In this document: in pieces, positions 1 to 12,600 of the stretch
Layout: each line of letters opens with the position of its first letter
Numbering within the stretch: the stretch's first letter is position 1
Origin: Candidatus Krumholzibacteriia bacterium
GTDB lineage: Bacteria > Krumholzibacteriota > Krumholzibacteriia > JAJRXK01
Reading direction: 5' to 3'
Length of the DNA: 64,000 bases
Assembly (NCBI GenBank): GCA_041484665.1
Contig: JBGPIA010000006.1
Location: 161,468-225,467, forward strand
Program-made: the position numbers and the translations under genes
Notes under the pieces: model-generated
Database searches by the model: none
What the model was told of the DNA's origin: nothing
Seen by the model: only the letters and a program-made list of their open reading frames with translations

Positions 1-1122
1 CAGAAGGCGTTCGAGGACCTAAAGAACGCCCAAAGCCAGCTGGTTCTGAACGAGAAGATGGCGTCGCTGGGCGTGTTGATTGCAGGCGTCGCCCACGAGA
101 TCAACACGCCGGCCGGGGCGATCCTCAACGTATCGCGGCATCTAGAGAAGAAGACTCATTCACTCCCGCGGATGCTTGAGGCGCTCAAGGCCGACCTGGA
201 AGTCCCCGCAGGAAGAATTGCGCCGTGCCTCGAGGAGGTCATCGAATCGGCGTGCAAGGCGCGCGAAGCCGTCTCCTACAAGGATACAAAGGCCCTGGAA
301 TCGCTCCTGCGAGCGCAGGGCATTCCCGACCCCCATCAGAAAGCCAGCGACCTCGCCAAGCTCAACTTCACGAACCCGGAGAAGATCATCGAGTACAGTG
401 AGTGTTTCGTTCATCCGGCATTCTTCGCGGTGGTTGAAGCGTTTGGAAGCATTGCGCAGGCGGCGAAGATCTCGGAGACCAGCTCCCAGAAGATCGCGGA
501 GATCGTCCGGGCGCTGAAGTACTACGCGTACTCCGACAAGGACAAGGTCGAGGTCATCCAGATCAACGAGTCGATTACGACCGCGCTCATCCTGCTGCGC
601 AATCAGCTCAAGGACACGGTGACGGTCGCGACCGATTTCGACCCGGAGCTTCCGAGGGTCCCCTGCACTAGTGAAATCCACCAAGTGTGGACGAACCTGC
701 TCACGAACGCGTACGACGCGATCGAAGCGATCGGAGAAGGATACCACGGCGAGATCGCGATCAGCACAAGCCGTCGCGGGGGACAGATCGTGATCACCAT
801 CACGGACAACGGCGTCGGAATTCCGGAGGACAAGCTCGGCAAGGTCTTTGATCCGTTCTTTACGACGAAGGACATCGGGAAGGGCACTGGCCTGGGCCTC
901 TGCATCGTGTCGGGGATCGTCAAGAAGCTGCGGGGAGAGGTCCACGTCCACAGCCGCCCTGGCCGTACCGTGTTCGAGGTTGGGCTGCCGATCGGGACAA
1001 GCGAGAGGCCGTCCGACGGGGAGCGGGACCAACACGACGAGCACATGGGCGCGGTCGATGAAAGCGCGCTCGTGCTCGCGCCGCGAGGGCCGGCGGTTAA
1101 GGAGACGGGCGATGGCGGCTGA
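1..1122 (+). CDS. Sensor histidine kinase (HisKA + HATPase), 5' end outside window
   Basis: Frame is open from base 1 ([24 protein letters not shown]). H-box [10 protein letters not shown]-box [25 protein letters not shown] and GKGTGLGL are all present. Confidence 0.93.
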   Translation, partial: QKAFEDLKNAQSQLVLNEKMASLGVLIAGVAHEINTPAGAILNVSRHLEKKTHSLPRMLEALKADLEVPAGRIAPCLEEVIESACKAREAVSYKDTKALESLLRAQGIPDPHQKASDLAKLNFTNPEKIIEYSECFVHPAFFAVVEAFGSIAQAAKISETSSQKIAEIVRALKYYAYSDKDKVEVIQINESITTALILLRNQLKDTVTVATDFDPELPRVPCTSEIHQVWTNLLTNAYDAIEAIGEGYHGEIAISTSRRGGQIVITITDNGVGIPEDKLGKVFDPFFTTKDIGKGTGLGLCIVSGIVKKLRGEVHVHSRPGRTVFEVGLPIGTSERPSDGERDQHDEHMGAVDESALVLAPRGPAVKETGDGG

Positions 1123-2953
1123 CCCGGCGGAGATTGCAGAGGCGCCGGCGCCTGTCGATCAGCACATTCTGTGCGTGGACGACGACCCGGACTTCTTGAA
1201 ATCCCTCGAGTTCTTCCTGCCCGAGCAGATCAACCAGAGCGGGTCCACCGACTTCTGGTATCGCTTCCTCTTCCTCGACAACCCCAAGGAGGCCCTCGGC
1301 GCGCTCAGGGACCTCACGAGCGAGCGCGAGACCGTAGCGATGGTGATCAGCGATCAGAAGATGCCGCAGATGAAGGGAACGGAGTTCCTCGGGGAAGCGA
1401 AGAAGATTGCCCCCGACAGTATCCGGGTCCTCTTGACTGGTCATGCCGGTATCGAGTCGGCGATTACGGCGATCAACGAACACCTCTTGGACAAGTACGT
1501 CACGAAGCCGATCGAGAACGAGCACGATTTCACGGTGAGCATCCGTCACCTGCTGCAGAAGTTCCAGATGCAGCACACGATCGCGAAGCAGGCTCAGATT
1601 ATTCAGGCCCTCTACGCCTTTTCGAATAAGCTGAACTCCATCGAGGACTTCCAGAAGACGCTCGACTGCATCATCTCCTTCACCGGGGAGGTTGTCCGCG
1701 GTCGTAGCACGTCGATTCTCCTTCTGGAACAGGACGAGCTGCGGATGGTCGCCGCCCAAGGCCTTTGGCCGGAGGGGATCTGCGCCGTCAAGATCCCGGC
1801 GAGTGACCCGATCGGCGCCCAGATCCTCCAGTGCCGCAGAGCGAGGGTCTCGAAGGCTGCCGAGACCAAGGCCGTCGAGGCGAACCCCACTGAGGTAAGC
1901 CCGGCCGAGTCGAGTAGCAGCTTCCCCGAAATCGTCCGAGCGGGCTACGGCGGGTCGCAGGACACGTCGGCGCTCTATGCTGGGCTAGTGTCCGGGGACC
2001 AACCCCTGGGCCTGCTCTACGTCACTCGAAGACCGGATGACCCGGGTTTCGTCGAGACGAATGTCGATACGCTGACGTACATCGCCAGTAGCGCCTCCAT
2101 CGCCTTGCACAACCAGCTCAACCGCGTGCGACTCGAGAACGCCTATGGCGAGTCGCGCGTCCATGCCGCTGCCCTGGGCGAAGCCAATGGGAGGCTGCAG
2201 ATCCTGGACCGACTGAAGACGGACTTCCTTTCGTTCATCTCGCACGAGCTTCGAACCCCCCTGGCTATCATGTCGGCGGTGGGGCTCGTCGACCGTTCCT
2301 CGAGCGCGAGCGAGCAGGAGGAGGCGCTGGCGATTGCGCAGTGCGGTTACGATCGGCTCGAGCGGTTCGTCGCGAGAGGTCTACAGTACTTCGACTGGTT
2401 GGCGACGAAGCCGGTGAAAAACTCAGGGTCTGCGGACCTGATCGGTGTGGTACGAGCCGTGGCCGGCGCACTCCCGGAGCTCGATGGCCCCGACGTCGAT
2501 CTCGAGATCTCGCTCCCTGAGGGCCCCTGTCCTGTCGAGATGGACGAGACCTACGTCGCGGAGGTCGTGCAGGTACTGCTGGAGAACGCGCTCAAGTTCT
2601 CCCCAGGCTGCAAGAAGATCCACGTGGCGGTCGCGACACGGCCGGGCGCAGTGACGCTCACCGTGGTCGACGGGGGGTGTGGTTTCCCGCCGGAATTCTC
2701 GCGCGAGATCTTCCGTCCCTTCACGATCATCGACACGGCGCACCACGGGGAGGGGACCGCGCTCAGCCTCGCGAAGGCGAGCGCAGTGGTCGAGGCGCAT
2801 GGAGGCTGCATCCGAGCGGAGAGCCAGGGGATCGGGCAAGGGGCGAGATTCATCGTCTCGTTCCCACCGGCGGTGCGGTGCCCGCAGGACGCCGAAAACG
2901 ACCTGGCGCCGCAGGTCGCCGAGAGCCGCTCGCGGCCAAACCCCGTGCATTAG
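1112..2953 (+). CDS. Hybrid receiver-GAF-histidine kinase
   Basis: Receiver motifs [22 protein letters not shown] and KP; a GAF-like middle region; H-box [10 protein letters not shown] and N-box [11 protein letters not shown] 1112 overlaps the upstream gene end. Confidence 0.9.
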   Translation: MAADPAEIAEAPAPVDQHILCVDDDPDFLKSLEFFLPEQINQSGSTDFWYRFLFLDNPKEALGALRDLTSERETVAMVISDQKMPQMKGTEFLGEAKKIAPDSIRVLLTGHAGIESAITAINEHLLDKYVTKPIENEHDFTVSIRHLLQKFQMQHTIAKQAQIIQALYAFSNKLNSIEDFQKTLDCIISFTGEVVRGRSTSILLLEQDELRMVAAQGLWPEGICAVKIPASDPIGAQILQCRRARVSKAAETKAVEANPTEVSPAESSSSFPEIVRAGYGGSQDTSALYAGLVSGDQPLGLLYVTRRPDDPGFVETNVDTLTYIASSASIALHNQLNRVRLENAYGESRVHAAALGEANGRLQILDRLKTDFLSFISHELRTPLAIMSAVGLVDRSSSASEQEEALAIAQCGYDRLERFVARGLQYFDWLATKPVKNSGSADLIGVVRAVAGALPELDGPDVDLEISLPEGPCPVEMDETYVAEVVQVLLENALKFSPGCKKIHVAVATRPGAVTLTVVDGGCGFPPEFSREIFRPFTIIDTAHHGEGTALSLAKASAVVEAHGGCIRAESQGIGQGARFIVSFPPAVRCPQDAENDLAPQVAESRSRPNPVH

Positions 2954-2989
2954 CCGACCCGCAGCCGCTGCCCCCGCTTTCTCGACGCG

Positions 2990-3808
2990 GTGACCGTGAC
3001 GTCCGGCCGGGGCGGGGGCGACTCCCGCCCAGCGGGACCAGCACTCCCAGGGGCAGCCCGACATGCCAGCCAGCCGCGGGCGCACCGTGACCATCCTAGA
3101 CCTGCAGGCCCGTGCTCCCGCTCGGTGGATCGTCGAGTTCGAGCTGCCGGTGAGCGGGAAGGGCGCTGTCGCCCGCGATGCCTGACCCGCTCCGGCGGCT
3201 GCCCAGAGCGCCATGTGGGCGCCTACGGACCGGGGCCGCGCTTCGTCACGGTGCTCGACAGCGCGCTCCCTCCCCTGGACCGTGACCTCGATCGCCTGGC
3301 CGAGTCGCTCCACTGGGTCACGCGCGAGCCCAGCTTCGCATGCCTCGCCCTGCGCTTCGTGGGCTTGGAGCACATCGCTCTCCCTGATCCCGACGCCATC
3401 TCTCTGGCCAGCAAGCTGCAGCGACTCCCGCGCTGGCTGGGGGTGCGGCGCGGGATCGCAATCCTACTGTGGCAGTTCCTGGGGCGACTCGTGGAGGTGG
3501 TCGGTTCGCTGGGCCCGTTGCTGTCGCTGCCGCGATCCCTGCGCGCGCCTTTGGGCGGCCGCAGCGCGCGCCTGGGCGAGAGCGTGTCCCTGGGGCCCGC
3601 GTTCGTGGGTCCCGCCCCCACGCTCTTGGCGCGCATCGGTCCCGTGCCACTCGTGGTCGACGTAGCGTTGGATCGCGACGCGGCCTGGCGGGCCGAGTTG
3701 GAGGAGCTGCTCACGACCTGCGCGCCGGCGGCGACCGAGCACGGCGACGAGCTGGTGCTACGTGTGGAGGATCGGCGCACGGTCCTGGGCGACCGTTGGC
3801 ACGCGTGA
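2990..3808 (+). CDS. Hypothetical protein or gene remnant; start uncertain
   Basis: The C-terminal ~190 codons read like a real protein, while the N-terminal part looks like shadow ORF. No family recognised. Confidence 0.3.
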   Translation: MTVTSGRGGGDSRPAGPALPGAARHASQPRAHRDHPRPAGPCSRSVDRRVRAAGEREGRCRPRCLTRSGGCPERHVGAYGPGPRFVTVLDSALPPLDRDLDRLAESLHWVTREPSFACLALRFVGLEHIALPDPDAISLASKLQRLPRWLGVRRGIAILLWQFLGRLVEVVGSLGPLLSLPRSLRAPLGGRSARLGESVSLGPAFVGPAPTLLARIGPVPLVVDVALDRDAAWRAELEELLTTCAPAATEHGDELVLRVEDRRTVLGDRWHA

Positions 3809-4136
3809 CTCGCCAGGACCAGCTGCATGACGGGGTGAGAGGGGGCCGGAATGTCGTCGGGTCGCGAGCCCGGCGGGATCCTACGCCGCAGGAGCCAGTC
3901 TTTGAACTTAGACGCGACAGGGCGCGGAAGCGGTTCCTGGCGGCCGCGCCGCAGGACTAGCGGGTGCGCATCTGGTGGCGAAGTAAACCCCGCGGCCCCG
4001 TAGATCAGACGGATAGGTCGACGGTTTCCCAGGCGCCGCCAGCCCTGCGCCCCGGTGCGCTCGTTTCGCAGCCTTCGGACGTAAGGGAGGGTGTTGACGC
4101 TTCCACACCCTTCCCGGAGGCCGCCATGGGACCCAT

Positions 4137-4184
4137 ATCTGGAGCAATCACATGAACGCGATCTGGAGCAATCACATGAACGCG
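4137..4184 (+). repeat. Perfect 24-bp tandem duplication covering an RBS and start codon
   Basis: ATCTGGAGCAATCACATGAACGCG at 4137-4160 and 4161-4184. Confidence 0.9.
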
Positions 4185-4607
4185 CGCCGAGCCATCGTCG
4201 GCCGCATCCTGGTCTGCTGCGCGGCGGCGCCCGCATTGGCGCAGACGCCGTCGGGAACGGCGTTCACCTACCAAGGGCACCTGGAGAGCAACGCCAGCCC
4301 AGCGGCCGGGAGCTTCAACATGGTGTTTACGCTCTGGAGCCATCCAACGCTCTCCGCGACGGCCTTTCAGGTCGGCCCCACGCTCACCTTCGACGGCGTC
4401 AGCAGCCCTCCCGCACCGATCACCGTGACGAACGGCCTGTTCACGGTGCAGCAGGGTCTACCGCTCGTGCCATCCCGAGCGGACGGCCCAGTACCGGCTC
4501 TTCGAGCAGCACTTCGATCGCTCCCTGCTCGAGCACGAGGAGCCGAGCGTCCCCGGCACAGGGTACACCGGCCGAGTTCAACAGCCCCTACCGCCCCCAA
4601 GCAGTGA
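4176..4607 (+). pseudogene. Truncated secreted protein: signal peptide plus TAFTYQG-type N-terminal domain
   Basis: Signal peptide ending APALA-Q, then GTAFTYQGHL...FNMVFTLW...ITVTNGLFTVQ. Protein-like sequence stops at about 4450, where such domains normally continue. Confidence 0.55.
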
Positions 4608-5088
4608 AGCTCGGGACCGAGATCATTTCGAGGACGGTCGCGTTCGGGAAGAGCTAATCGTTCCAACCTCGAACTCCGAGGCCCCGCTGGTTGACGTGGA
4701 CCGCGTTCTCAGGTCAGGGCGGGGCCGCTCATTCTTGCTGACAGCACCGGGGTTTGCGAGGCAGCCGCCGGCGCGTGTTCTCAGTTCCGAAAAGCGTCGC
4801 GGGCGGGGGACCGGATTGCAGCTTCGGAATCGCGCAGGAGCGTCTCGAAGTCCTGATTTCTGCCTTCGGGGACGCCCGGCGATTCGCTCGCTTCGGGGCG
4901 GGTGTCAGGTCACGTCGTAGCTAGAGCAGCCCGTCCCACCTCGTCACCCAACCGGGATACGCCGACGATCCCGCGAAAAATCTGGAACGCCTGGTGGCAG
5001 CGCCGAAGGTCGTTACTCCCTCGATCGGACCCCGCGCTCGCATGTTAAGATGTTCCCGGGTCCTTCTTACTCGACCGGGGGACTTCCG

Positions 5089-5673
5089 ATGTCGACCGAG
5101 ATCCGCACCCAGATCACAAGCTTGCTGCGGGAGCTGGAGATCGAGTCGACCAATCGTCGGGCCACCACCGAGCGCCTGCTCGAGGCACTCTACCCGGAGC
5201 TTCGCCGCCTGGCCGCGGCCCTCTTCCGGCAGGAGCGCGCGAGCCACACCCTGGAGCCCACCGCGCTCGTTCACGAAGCCTACATCCGGCTGGTCGACCA
5301 GGACGGCGCCGACTGGAAGAACCGCGCGCACTTCCTGGGCGTCTCCGCCCGAATCATGCGGCAGGTGCTGGTGGATCATGCCCGACATCGACTGGCGGAG
5401 AAGCGGGGCGGCGGCTGGGAACGGGTAACCCTGAGTGACGCGGTCGAGCTCGCCCGCGGGGACGACGTCGACCTCCTCGATCTCGAAGACGCCCTCGAGC
5501 GATTCGCCACCGTCGATCCACGGGCCGCCCGAGTGGTGGAGCTGCGGGTATTCGGGGGGCTGACCGTCGAAGAAACCGCCCACGTCCTCGAGGTCGCCGC
5601 ACGAACCGTGGACGGCGACTGGGCGATGGCCCGGATGTGGCTGGGGAAGGAGCTGCGGGAGGATTCCACGTGA
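5089..5673 (+). CDS. ECF sigma factor of the kinase-associated (TIGR02999-like) type
   Basis: [51 protein letters not shown] and [16 protein letters not shown]. The stop overlaps the kinase start (GTGA). Confidence 0.92.
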   Translation: MSTEIRTQITSLLRELEIESTNRRATTERLLEALYPELRRLAAALFRQERASHTLEPTALVHEAYIRLVDQDGADWKNRAHFLGVSARIMRQVLVDHARHRLAEKRGGGWERVTLSDAVELARGDDVDLLDLEDALERFATVDPRAARVVELRVFGGLTVEETAHVLEVAARTVDGDWAMARMWLGKELREDST

Positions 5674-8309
5674 ACCCCGAGCGCTACGCACGGCTCAAGG
5701 AGCTGGTGCTGACCGCCCGTAAGCTTTCGCCCGAGGCGCGCACGGCCTATCTGGAGCGCGAGGCGGGCGCCGATCCCTCCCTCCGCCGCGATGCGGAGGA
5801 TCTCCTTGCCGGCGACGCCGACGCTCCCGACCTGCTTGCCTCCGGCTTGATGGCCGGCGGCTCCGCCTCCGAAGTGTTCTCCCGCGGATCCGGATCGCTC
5901 CGCGCCGGCCCCCCTCCCGAGCGGATCGGCCCCTACCACATCGTGGGTATCCTGGGTGAGGGCGGCATGGGCGTGGTGTACCACGCGCGCCAGACCGAGC
6001 CGATCCAGCGGGAGGTGGCGCTCAAGCTCGTGCGCCGGGGCCTCGACACCGAGCGCGTGGTGGCCCGATTCGAGTCGGAGCGCCAGGCCCTCGCTCTCAT
6101 GGATCATCCGGGCATTGCCCGGGTCCTGGACGCCGGGGCCGATGAGCGCGGCCTTCCCTATTTCGTGATGGAACTGGTGCACGGGATGCCGCTGGTCGCC
6201 TACGCAGACAGCCGGCGGCTCAACCTGCAAGGCCGCTTACAGCTTTTCCTCGATGTCTGCCGTGCGGTCCAGCACGCACATCAGAAGGGGATCATCCATC
6301 GGGATCTCAAGCCCTCCAACGTGCTGGTGACCGAGCAGGACGGGAAGCCCCAGCCCAAGGTGATCGACTTCGGCATCGCGAAGGCGCTGGAGGAGACCGC
6401 GAGCGAGCGGTCCTTGCTCACCCAGGAAGGGCAAATCCTGGGGACGCCCGAATACATGAGCCCGGAGCAGGCGAGCGGGCGTCCCGAAGGAGTCGACACT
6501 CGCACCGACGTGTACTCGCTGGGCGTACTGCTCTACGAGCTCCTCACCGGAGAGCGTCCTTACCGGCTCCGGACCGCCGCGCTGCGGGAGATCCAGCAAG
6601 TCATCGCGGAGAAGGAGCCCGATCGGCCGAGCATCGCGGTGGCCCGACGGGACGGAGGTGCCAGCGACTCTGCGGGCGCCGACGCGCGACTCGCCGCGCG
6701 CGGCACCACCCTCGACCGCCTTCGCCGCCAGCTCGCCGGGGATCTCGACAACATCCTGCTCATGTCCCTGCGGAAGGAACCGGATCGGCGCTATTCCTCG
6801 GTCGAGCAGTTCGCCGAGGACTTGCGCCGGCACCTCGACGGACTTCCCGTTCGCGCCCGCAAGGACACGTTCACGTACCGCGCTGGAAAATTCGTGCGCC
6901 GCAACCGCGTGCCGGTGGCGGCCGGCGCCGCCGCGGCGCTGCTCCTGGCCGCGCTCGCAGGGATCATGGCCGTGCAGTCGGCTCGAATCGCCCAACAGCG
7001 AGACCGGGCCCTGGCCGCGGAATCCCGGGCGGAGCAGAAAGCCACCACCGCCAGGCGGGTCTCGGACTTCCTGGTCGATCTCTTCAGCGTGGCCGATCCG
7101 CAGGTGGCTCAGGGCGACACCATCAGCGCACGGCACCTGCTGGACAAGGGCGCGGAGAAGATCCATCGCGAGCTGACGGGCGAGCCGGAGATCCAGGCCG
7201 CGCTCATGACCACCATGAGCCGGGCCTATAGCGGCATCGGGATCCCGGGGCGGGCCGTACCGCTGGCCGATTCCGCTCTGGCGACACGCATCCGCCTTCA
7301 CGGCGAGGAAAGCCTGGAGACCGCCGAGTCCCGCGTGGTGTTGGGGGCTGCGCACGCCTCGTTGGGAGAGATGGCGGAGGCGGAGCGCGCCTATCGCCGG
7401 GGTTTGGAGATCCGGCGAAAGCTCTTGGGCCCGGATCATGAGTTGATCGTGGAAGCTGCGTCCCTCCTCGCCCTCGAGCTCCAGACCGAAGCTCACTTCC
7501 CAGAGGCGGAGACACTCTATCGGGAAGTCCTGGCCATGATGCGCCGCCTGCACGGCGAAAATGCCCGGGAGGTCACCGGCGCGCTCTCCAACTTGGGCGG
7601 CATCTGCCACGCTCAGGGCAAGATCGCGGAGGCGGACTCGCTCCTCACGCTAGCCCTTGCTCGGGCGCGCACCGACGGCTCGCCGCCCATCGCGCTGGCC
7701 GATATCCTGGCCGAGTTGGCCGTCGTACTCAAGAACCAGAAACGTCTCGACGAGGCGGAGCCTTGCTATCGCGAAGCGCTGGAGATCCGGGAACGGATCC
7801 TGGGCGAACACGCGCTCACCGCCCAGAGCTACAACAATCTAGGGGTGTTCCTTCGTACGCGGGGTGACGAAAAGGCCGCCCTCCCTCACCTCCGGCGCGC
7901 TCTGGAGATCTATCGGCGCATCAAGGGCGAGAATCACCCCGACGTGGCCATCGCCTGGACCAACCTGGCCCGGACGCTGAGCGCACTCAAGCAAGATATC
8001 GAGGCGGAATCGACGTACCTTGCCGCCCTGCGCTCGGCGGACAACTCGGTGGGGCGGGAATACTGGGTCTACTCCCAGATCGAGCACAACTACGGGGCCT
8101 TTCTCTGCGACCGGCGCCGGTACCGCGAGGCGGAGCCCCTGCTCTTGCGCTCGTACGAGGGCCTCAAGAAGGGACTGGGTTCGGACGCGCGTCGCACCCA
8201 GATGGCCGTGGAGAAGATCGTCGACTTCTACGTGAAGACCGGCCGGCCCGCGCAGGCCAGTCGGTATCGCGCCCTCCTCGCCCCGCCAACAGCTGCCGTG
8301 AAGGAGTAG
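5670..8309 (+). CDS. Hanks-type Ser/Thr kinase with one TM helix and C-terminal TPR repeats
   Basis: [28 protein letters not shown] and [10 protein letters not shown]; hydrophobic [23 protein letters not shown] units such as [17 protein letters not shown] and [12 protein letters not shown]. Confidence 0.95.
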   Translation: MNPERYARLKELVLTARKLSPEARTAYLEREAGADPSLRRDAEDLLAGDADAPDLLASGLMAGGSASEVFSRGSGSLRAGPPPERIGPYHIVGILGEGGMGVVYHARQTEPIQREVALKLVRRGLDTERVVARFESERQALALMDHPGIARVLDAGADERGLPYFVMELVHGMPLVAYADSRRLNLQGRLQLFLDVCRAVQHAHQKGIIHRDLKPSNVLVTEQDGKPQPKVIDFGIAKALEETASERSLLTQEGQILGTPEYMSPEQASGRPEGVDTRTDVYSLGVLLYELLTGERPYRLRTAALREIQQVIAEKEPDRPSIAVARRDGGASDSAGADARLAARGTTLDRLRRQLAGDLDNILLMSLRKEPDRRYSSVEQFAEDLRRHLDGLPVRARKDTFTYRAGKFVRRNRVPVAAGAAAALLLAALAGIMAVQSARIAQQRDRALAAESRAEQKATTARRVSDFLVDLFSVADPQVAQGDTISARHLLDKGAEKIHRELTGEPEIQAALMTTMSRAYSGIGIPGRAVPLADSALATRIRLHGEESLETAESRVVLGAAHASLGEMAEAERAYRRGLEIRRKLLGPDHELIVEAASLLALELQTEAHFPEAETLYREVLAMMRRLHGENAREVTGALSNLGGICHAQGKIAEADSLLTLALARARTDGSPPIALADILAELAVVLKNQKRLDEAEPCYREALEIRERILGEHALTAQSYNNLGVFLRTRGDEKAALPHLRRALEIYRRIKGENHPDVAIAWTNLARTLSALKQDIEAESTYLAALRSADNSVGREYWVYSQIEHNYGAFLCDRRRYREAEPLLLRSYEGLKKGLGSDARRTQMAVEKIVDFYVKTGRPAQASRYRALLAPPTAAVKE

Positions 8310-8935
8310 GCCACCGACAACGAGGGGATTCGATCGGTGCTCCCTGGACGAAACACCCCCACGGGAGTTCATCCGATCCGGGGACCCGAGCGGCGACTGG
8401 GACGTGATCCGCACCAGCGAGCCGGTGTGGACCGGGCGGCTGCGCGAGGCCGCGCGCTGCTCGAACAGCGCACCGGGCCGCTCTATCGGGCCGTGATCGA
8501 GGTCCGGCTCCAGATCCCCGCGGATTGGCTCACCCCTGCACCCGAGGGCTCACCCAGCGCGCGGGCGGGTCGCTGGCTGCGCGACCAGCCGCCATAGACG
8601 GTGGTAGCTCCTGAGGGTGTGAGGATCGCCGGACCGGGCGTGAACGTCCGGGCTGTTGGGCCGCTGCTGCTCGCCTGGACCCTTGCTGCGGATCCTTCCG
8701 ACTCCGGCGTCACGCGCCTGCAGGCGCTGGCCCTCATCCATGCCGTGGAAGGGGACGTGCGCGGCGGCCGGCTGCGGCGAGCCTTCGCGACGCTCTACCC
8801 TGGAGAGTCGGCGGTCGTGGAGTTCGAGCTCGAACTCGACCGGATGCCGCCCTGAGACTTCGGAGTGCCTCGCCGATCGGGGCCGGCCTGGGCGAACGCT
8901 GGCGCGTGCCGGCCGTTCCGGCCAGGCCGGGCCGC

Positions 8936-9301
8936 TCAGGTCTGCGCGCGGAGTTGCGCGCGGTTGCGCCAGTTCAGCAGGAACAGGACCCCCACGAGGA
9001 ACAGTGGGCCTGCGATGAGGGCGTACCAATCCCAGTGTGCGCGCTCATGCATACTCACGATGTAGGCCGCGCCGAGCGCGAAGAACAGTATTGCGCCCAC
9101 CCACTCCCACCGCCACGCGACGACGAGGGCTACGACGATCAGCGCCGTCGGGATGAGGTGCATGGCCAGGGCGAGCAGCGTGCGGCCCAGGCTCAGATGC
9201 TCGTCGAATACATCGAGCGCGAACACGCTGATGAACACGGCGAACAGGATCGTGAGGACGCGCGGCGTCCAGAAGAGCAATCGGCGCACGGACGGACTCA
9301 T
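8936..9301 (-). CDS. Small multi-pass membrane protein
   Basis: MSPSVRRLLFWTPRVLTILFAVFISVFALDVF...; about four hydrophobic segments; GGAGG RBS upstream. Confidence 0.8.
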   Translation of the reverse strand: MSPSVRRLLFWTPRVLTILFAVFISVFALDVFDEHLSLGRTLLALAMHLIPTALIVVALVVAWRWEWVGAILFFALGAAYIVSMHERAHWDWYALIAGPLFLVGVLFLLNWRNRAQLRAQT

Positions 9302-9657
9302 CGAGCCTCCTTCAAGAGTAACCTGCCCCCGCCGGTCAGCGCGCCTGCCCTTCCCGATCAAAGGCCACTTCAATGGCTGCCAGTGGGCTCCTGATCGAAG
9401 GACCGGTCTGCGCGGCTTGCGGCGCGGACGGCCGATCGCCGCGCGCGCCGTCCAGCTGAGGGCAATCGTAGTGCTGTCGCCCGCCCACGTGCCACTCTGA
9501 GAATGTGACCCGTCGCACCGAGAGAGTCCCTGGGTGGAAGGTCATCAGGTGTTCTCGGGCCCTGGGTTTTCTGAGGAGCGGAGACAATGGCTGGAGTTCG
9601 AGCCCCTCAGACCGACGCTGCGCGCGGTCGTGGGCGGGACGTGAGGCTCTGCGCGGG

Positions 9658-12600
9658 CTACTCGCCGGTCGCTGTGAACGCTGCCCAATAGAACGGATGG
9701 GTGGAGCGTCCCTCGTCCCTGCGCGCGCGCAACACCGCGCGACTGGCCGACTGCATCGCCTGGGCGGCCCCCACCGCCCCCGCGCGGCGCGCTTCGTACA
9801 AGGCGCGCATCCACTCCCGGGTAGCGGCATCCTCCACGGCCCATCGGCTGGCGATCACGGTGCGTGCGCCCGCCAGATGGAAGGCGCGGCGCAGACCCAG
9901 AGTGCCCTCGCGGGGAAGAGCGCCGGCCAGAGCCGCATGGCACGCCGACAGCACCACCCAATCGGTCCCCTCCAGGTCCAGGGTGATCACCTCCTCGGCG
10001 GTGAGCAGCCCTTCGTTCTCATCGGCGCTGTGCTCGTGGGCGTGATTGGCGCCGGCCAGGGCGAGCCACACGCGGCGATCCGACCAGGGCGAAGGACCCA
10101 CGCCGATCGCCGGCATTGTGAAGGGCCTTGCCCTTGCCGCCGCCGCGGACTGGGGAGCATCGCTCACGGGCGACACTCCGCCCACGCCGCGGGTCCCAAC
10201 GTCACCTGTCAGGCAGGTGTCGCGGGCGACGATACCGTGGGTCGCCAGGTGCAGGATGGCCCGCCCTGGCGCCTCCCGCTTGACGGCGGCCTCGGTCGCG
10301 TCCTGGCCGACGAGAAGCGTGGCGGTGCGGTGGCTTCCACCGGCGCACCAAGCGCGGGCGGCCTCCTGCGCCTCGCGCCCGCTGGCCGGCAGCTGCGCCA
10401 GCACCAGGTCCGCTCCGCCGGAGCACGGATCGGAGGCCGCTCGCACGGTCGCCGCCGCGATCACCGGCGCCGCCGCGAGCACGGTCGCCGCCGCGATCAC
10501 CGGCGCCGCCGCAATCTGCGGCTGCTCTCCGGCGGATTCGTACTGGGGATCCCCGACGGCGAGCATCGACGTCGAGGTGACCGGCTCGTGCGGCGCGACC
10601 AGCTCCCACTCGGCGTTGAGCACGTGCAGGCGCGGCTCGGCCTCCACAAGATACCCGCCGTCCTTGTCGGGGAGCGCCTGCCAGGGCATATCCAGCAGTG
10701 GGCCATCGGCCACTACGAAGACGTCCTTCGCGCCGCCGAGGAGGCCCGCGATGCGGTCCCAGGTCGCCGTACGCGCAGCGCGCCCGAGCGCCCGGCAAGC
10801 CCGCTCTGCTTCGCCGGCCGCACGCACGTCCGGACCCGGAGGCGCGGCAAGCTGCTCTTGCCAGGCGTCGAGCACCGCGCGCAGCTCCCGGGTGCGCCCC
10901 AGGTCCACCAGGCTGATGTCTTTGCCGCCCCCGCGCGCCACGAAGGCCAGCACGCGGGCCGTATCGGTGGGAGCCGCGATCTCGATCACCGAGACCAGCG
11001 CCTGTCCGGCGCGCAGTCGAGCGCGAACGTCGGACAACGCCACCTCCGCCGGAACGGCGGCCGCTCGCCGGCCGGCCAGGGCCTGGACGTAGGCCCGCTC
11101 CGTTACCTCGGCGAGCGATCTCAGGCGCTCGAGCTTCGCGGTCTCGGCGGAGTCATCGGCCGCGCCGGCGGTGAGCACCACCCTCTGCGCATAGCTGCGC
11201 TGGGACTTCAGCCATTGCGCACGGGCGGCCACGATCTTGGGGTCGGATCGCAAAGCCAGTGGGAGGCGGCGGCGCGCGAGCTCGGCGCGCACGAGACCGC
11301 GCGTGCGCACCAGGCGGTCCCAGGCGGCCTCGAGCCGTTGCGGGCTGCCGTTGCGCGCGAGATCGACCACCACATCGAGATTGCGCGACTGCTCCCAGGA
11401 GAGCTGCAGCGCGCGGCCGTCCGGGAGCGCCTGGACGTTCCAGCACACCTGCTGATGGGAGCGGCGGAATGCTTCCAGCGCATGCGTCCAGGCTTGCGAG
11501 TCTCGTCCCAGTTTCTGCGCGACGCGCGCATCCCAGTAGGAGATGCTGGCAGCGGTGGTGGTGGTGTGGAGCGAGAACTCGTCCGCCAGACGGTCGAGCG
11601 AGCGGCACGTGCTGTCGAGGGCCGCCGAGTCCGCCGACGCGCAGAGCACCTCGAGCAGGGTATAGTGCAGGAGAGCCAGGGTGAACGCTGATGGGTTTGG
11701 CGCCGCTCGCGCGGTGCGCAGTCCCCGCTCGCAGGCCGCGCGAGCGCCTGCGTCGTCCCCGCTCGTATGGAGCACCCGTGCTTGCCAGGCCAGTGCGTAG
11801 GCCAGATTCGGATCCGGCGGCCCGGGTTGAGCGGCGAGGTCGGTCTCGACCTTGCGCAACAGGCGCATGGCCGCGCTTGAGTCCCCCACGCCTGCACACG
11901 CAAGTCCCAGGTTCAACCGCGTGCTCGCCGTCCATCGGTCGCGCGGTCCGCGATGCGATTCGTACCACGGCAGGACCGTCTGGAGCTCCGCACGCATGCC
12001 TGCGTAGTCCCCGAACATGAACAGCGCGGCGGCCAGATTCCCCCGCATCCGGATAACCTCAGGATCGTCCTCGGAACCGTGCAGGCGTGATACGCGCAGG
12101 GCCTCCTGGCTCAGGTCGAGAGCCCAGGCATGGTTGCCGGCCGCGGTCTCGACGCCGGCGAGGTAGTCCAACGGCAGGATCCGCTGCCGCGCATCTCGCC
12201 CCACGGTCTTTCCGAGCACGCTCAGCGATCGCTCCAGCGCCTCCCGCGCATGATCCAAGTCCCCCAGCTGGTGCCAGCAGTAGCCCATCTGCGCCAGCAT
12301 CTCAGCCACCGCCCGATGCACCGGACCGTGGTAGTGCTCGCGGATCGAGAGCGCCTGCCCGAGCTCCTCCAGCGCACGGCGGAAGTCCCGCAGACCGCGG
12401 TGCGCCAGGCCGGAGTATCCCCAGGTGTTCGCGACCAGCGTGTCTGCGGGTCCGAGCAGCGAAGTGCAGATCTCCCGCGCCTTCTGGTAATGCACCAGTG
12501 CGCTGTCGTTCCCGCCGGTATTGCTGAAGACCCGTCCAAGCAGCACGTGCGCCTCTGCGACGTCGACGTGCTCCGCGCCCAGCTCCCGTTGCCGGATCTC

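Noticed and set aside
8337..8855. Two in-frame ORFs separated by a TAG at 8595 (possible readthrough or pyrrolysine)
   Set aside because: No recognisable family and no pyl genes in the window; a decayed gene or chance is more likely.
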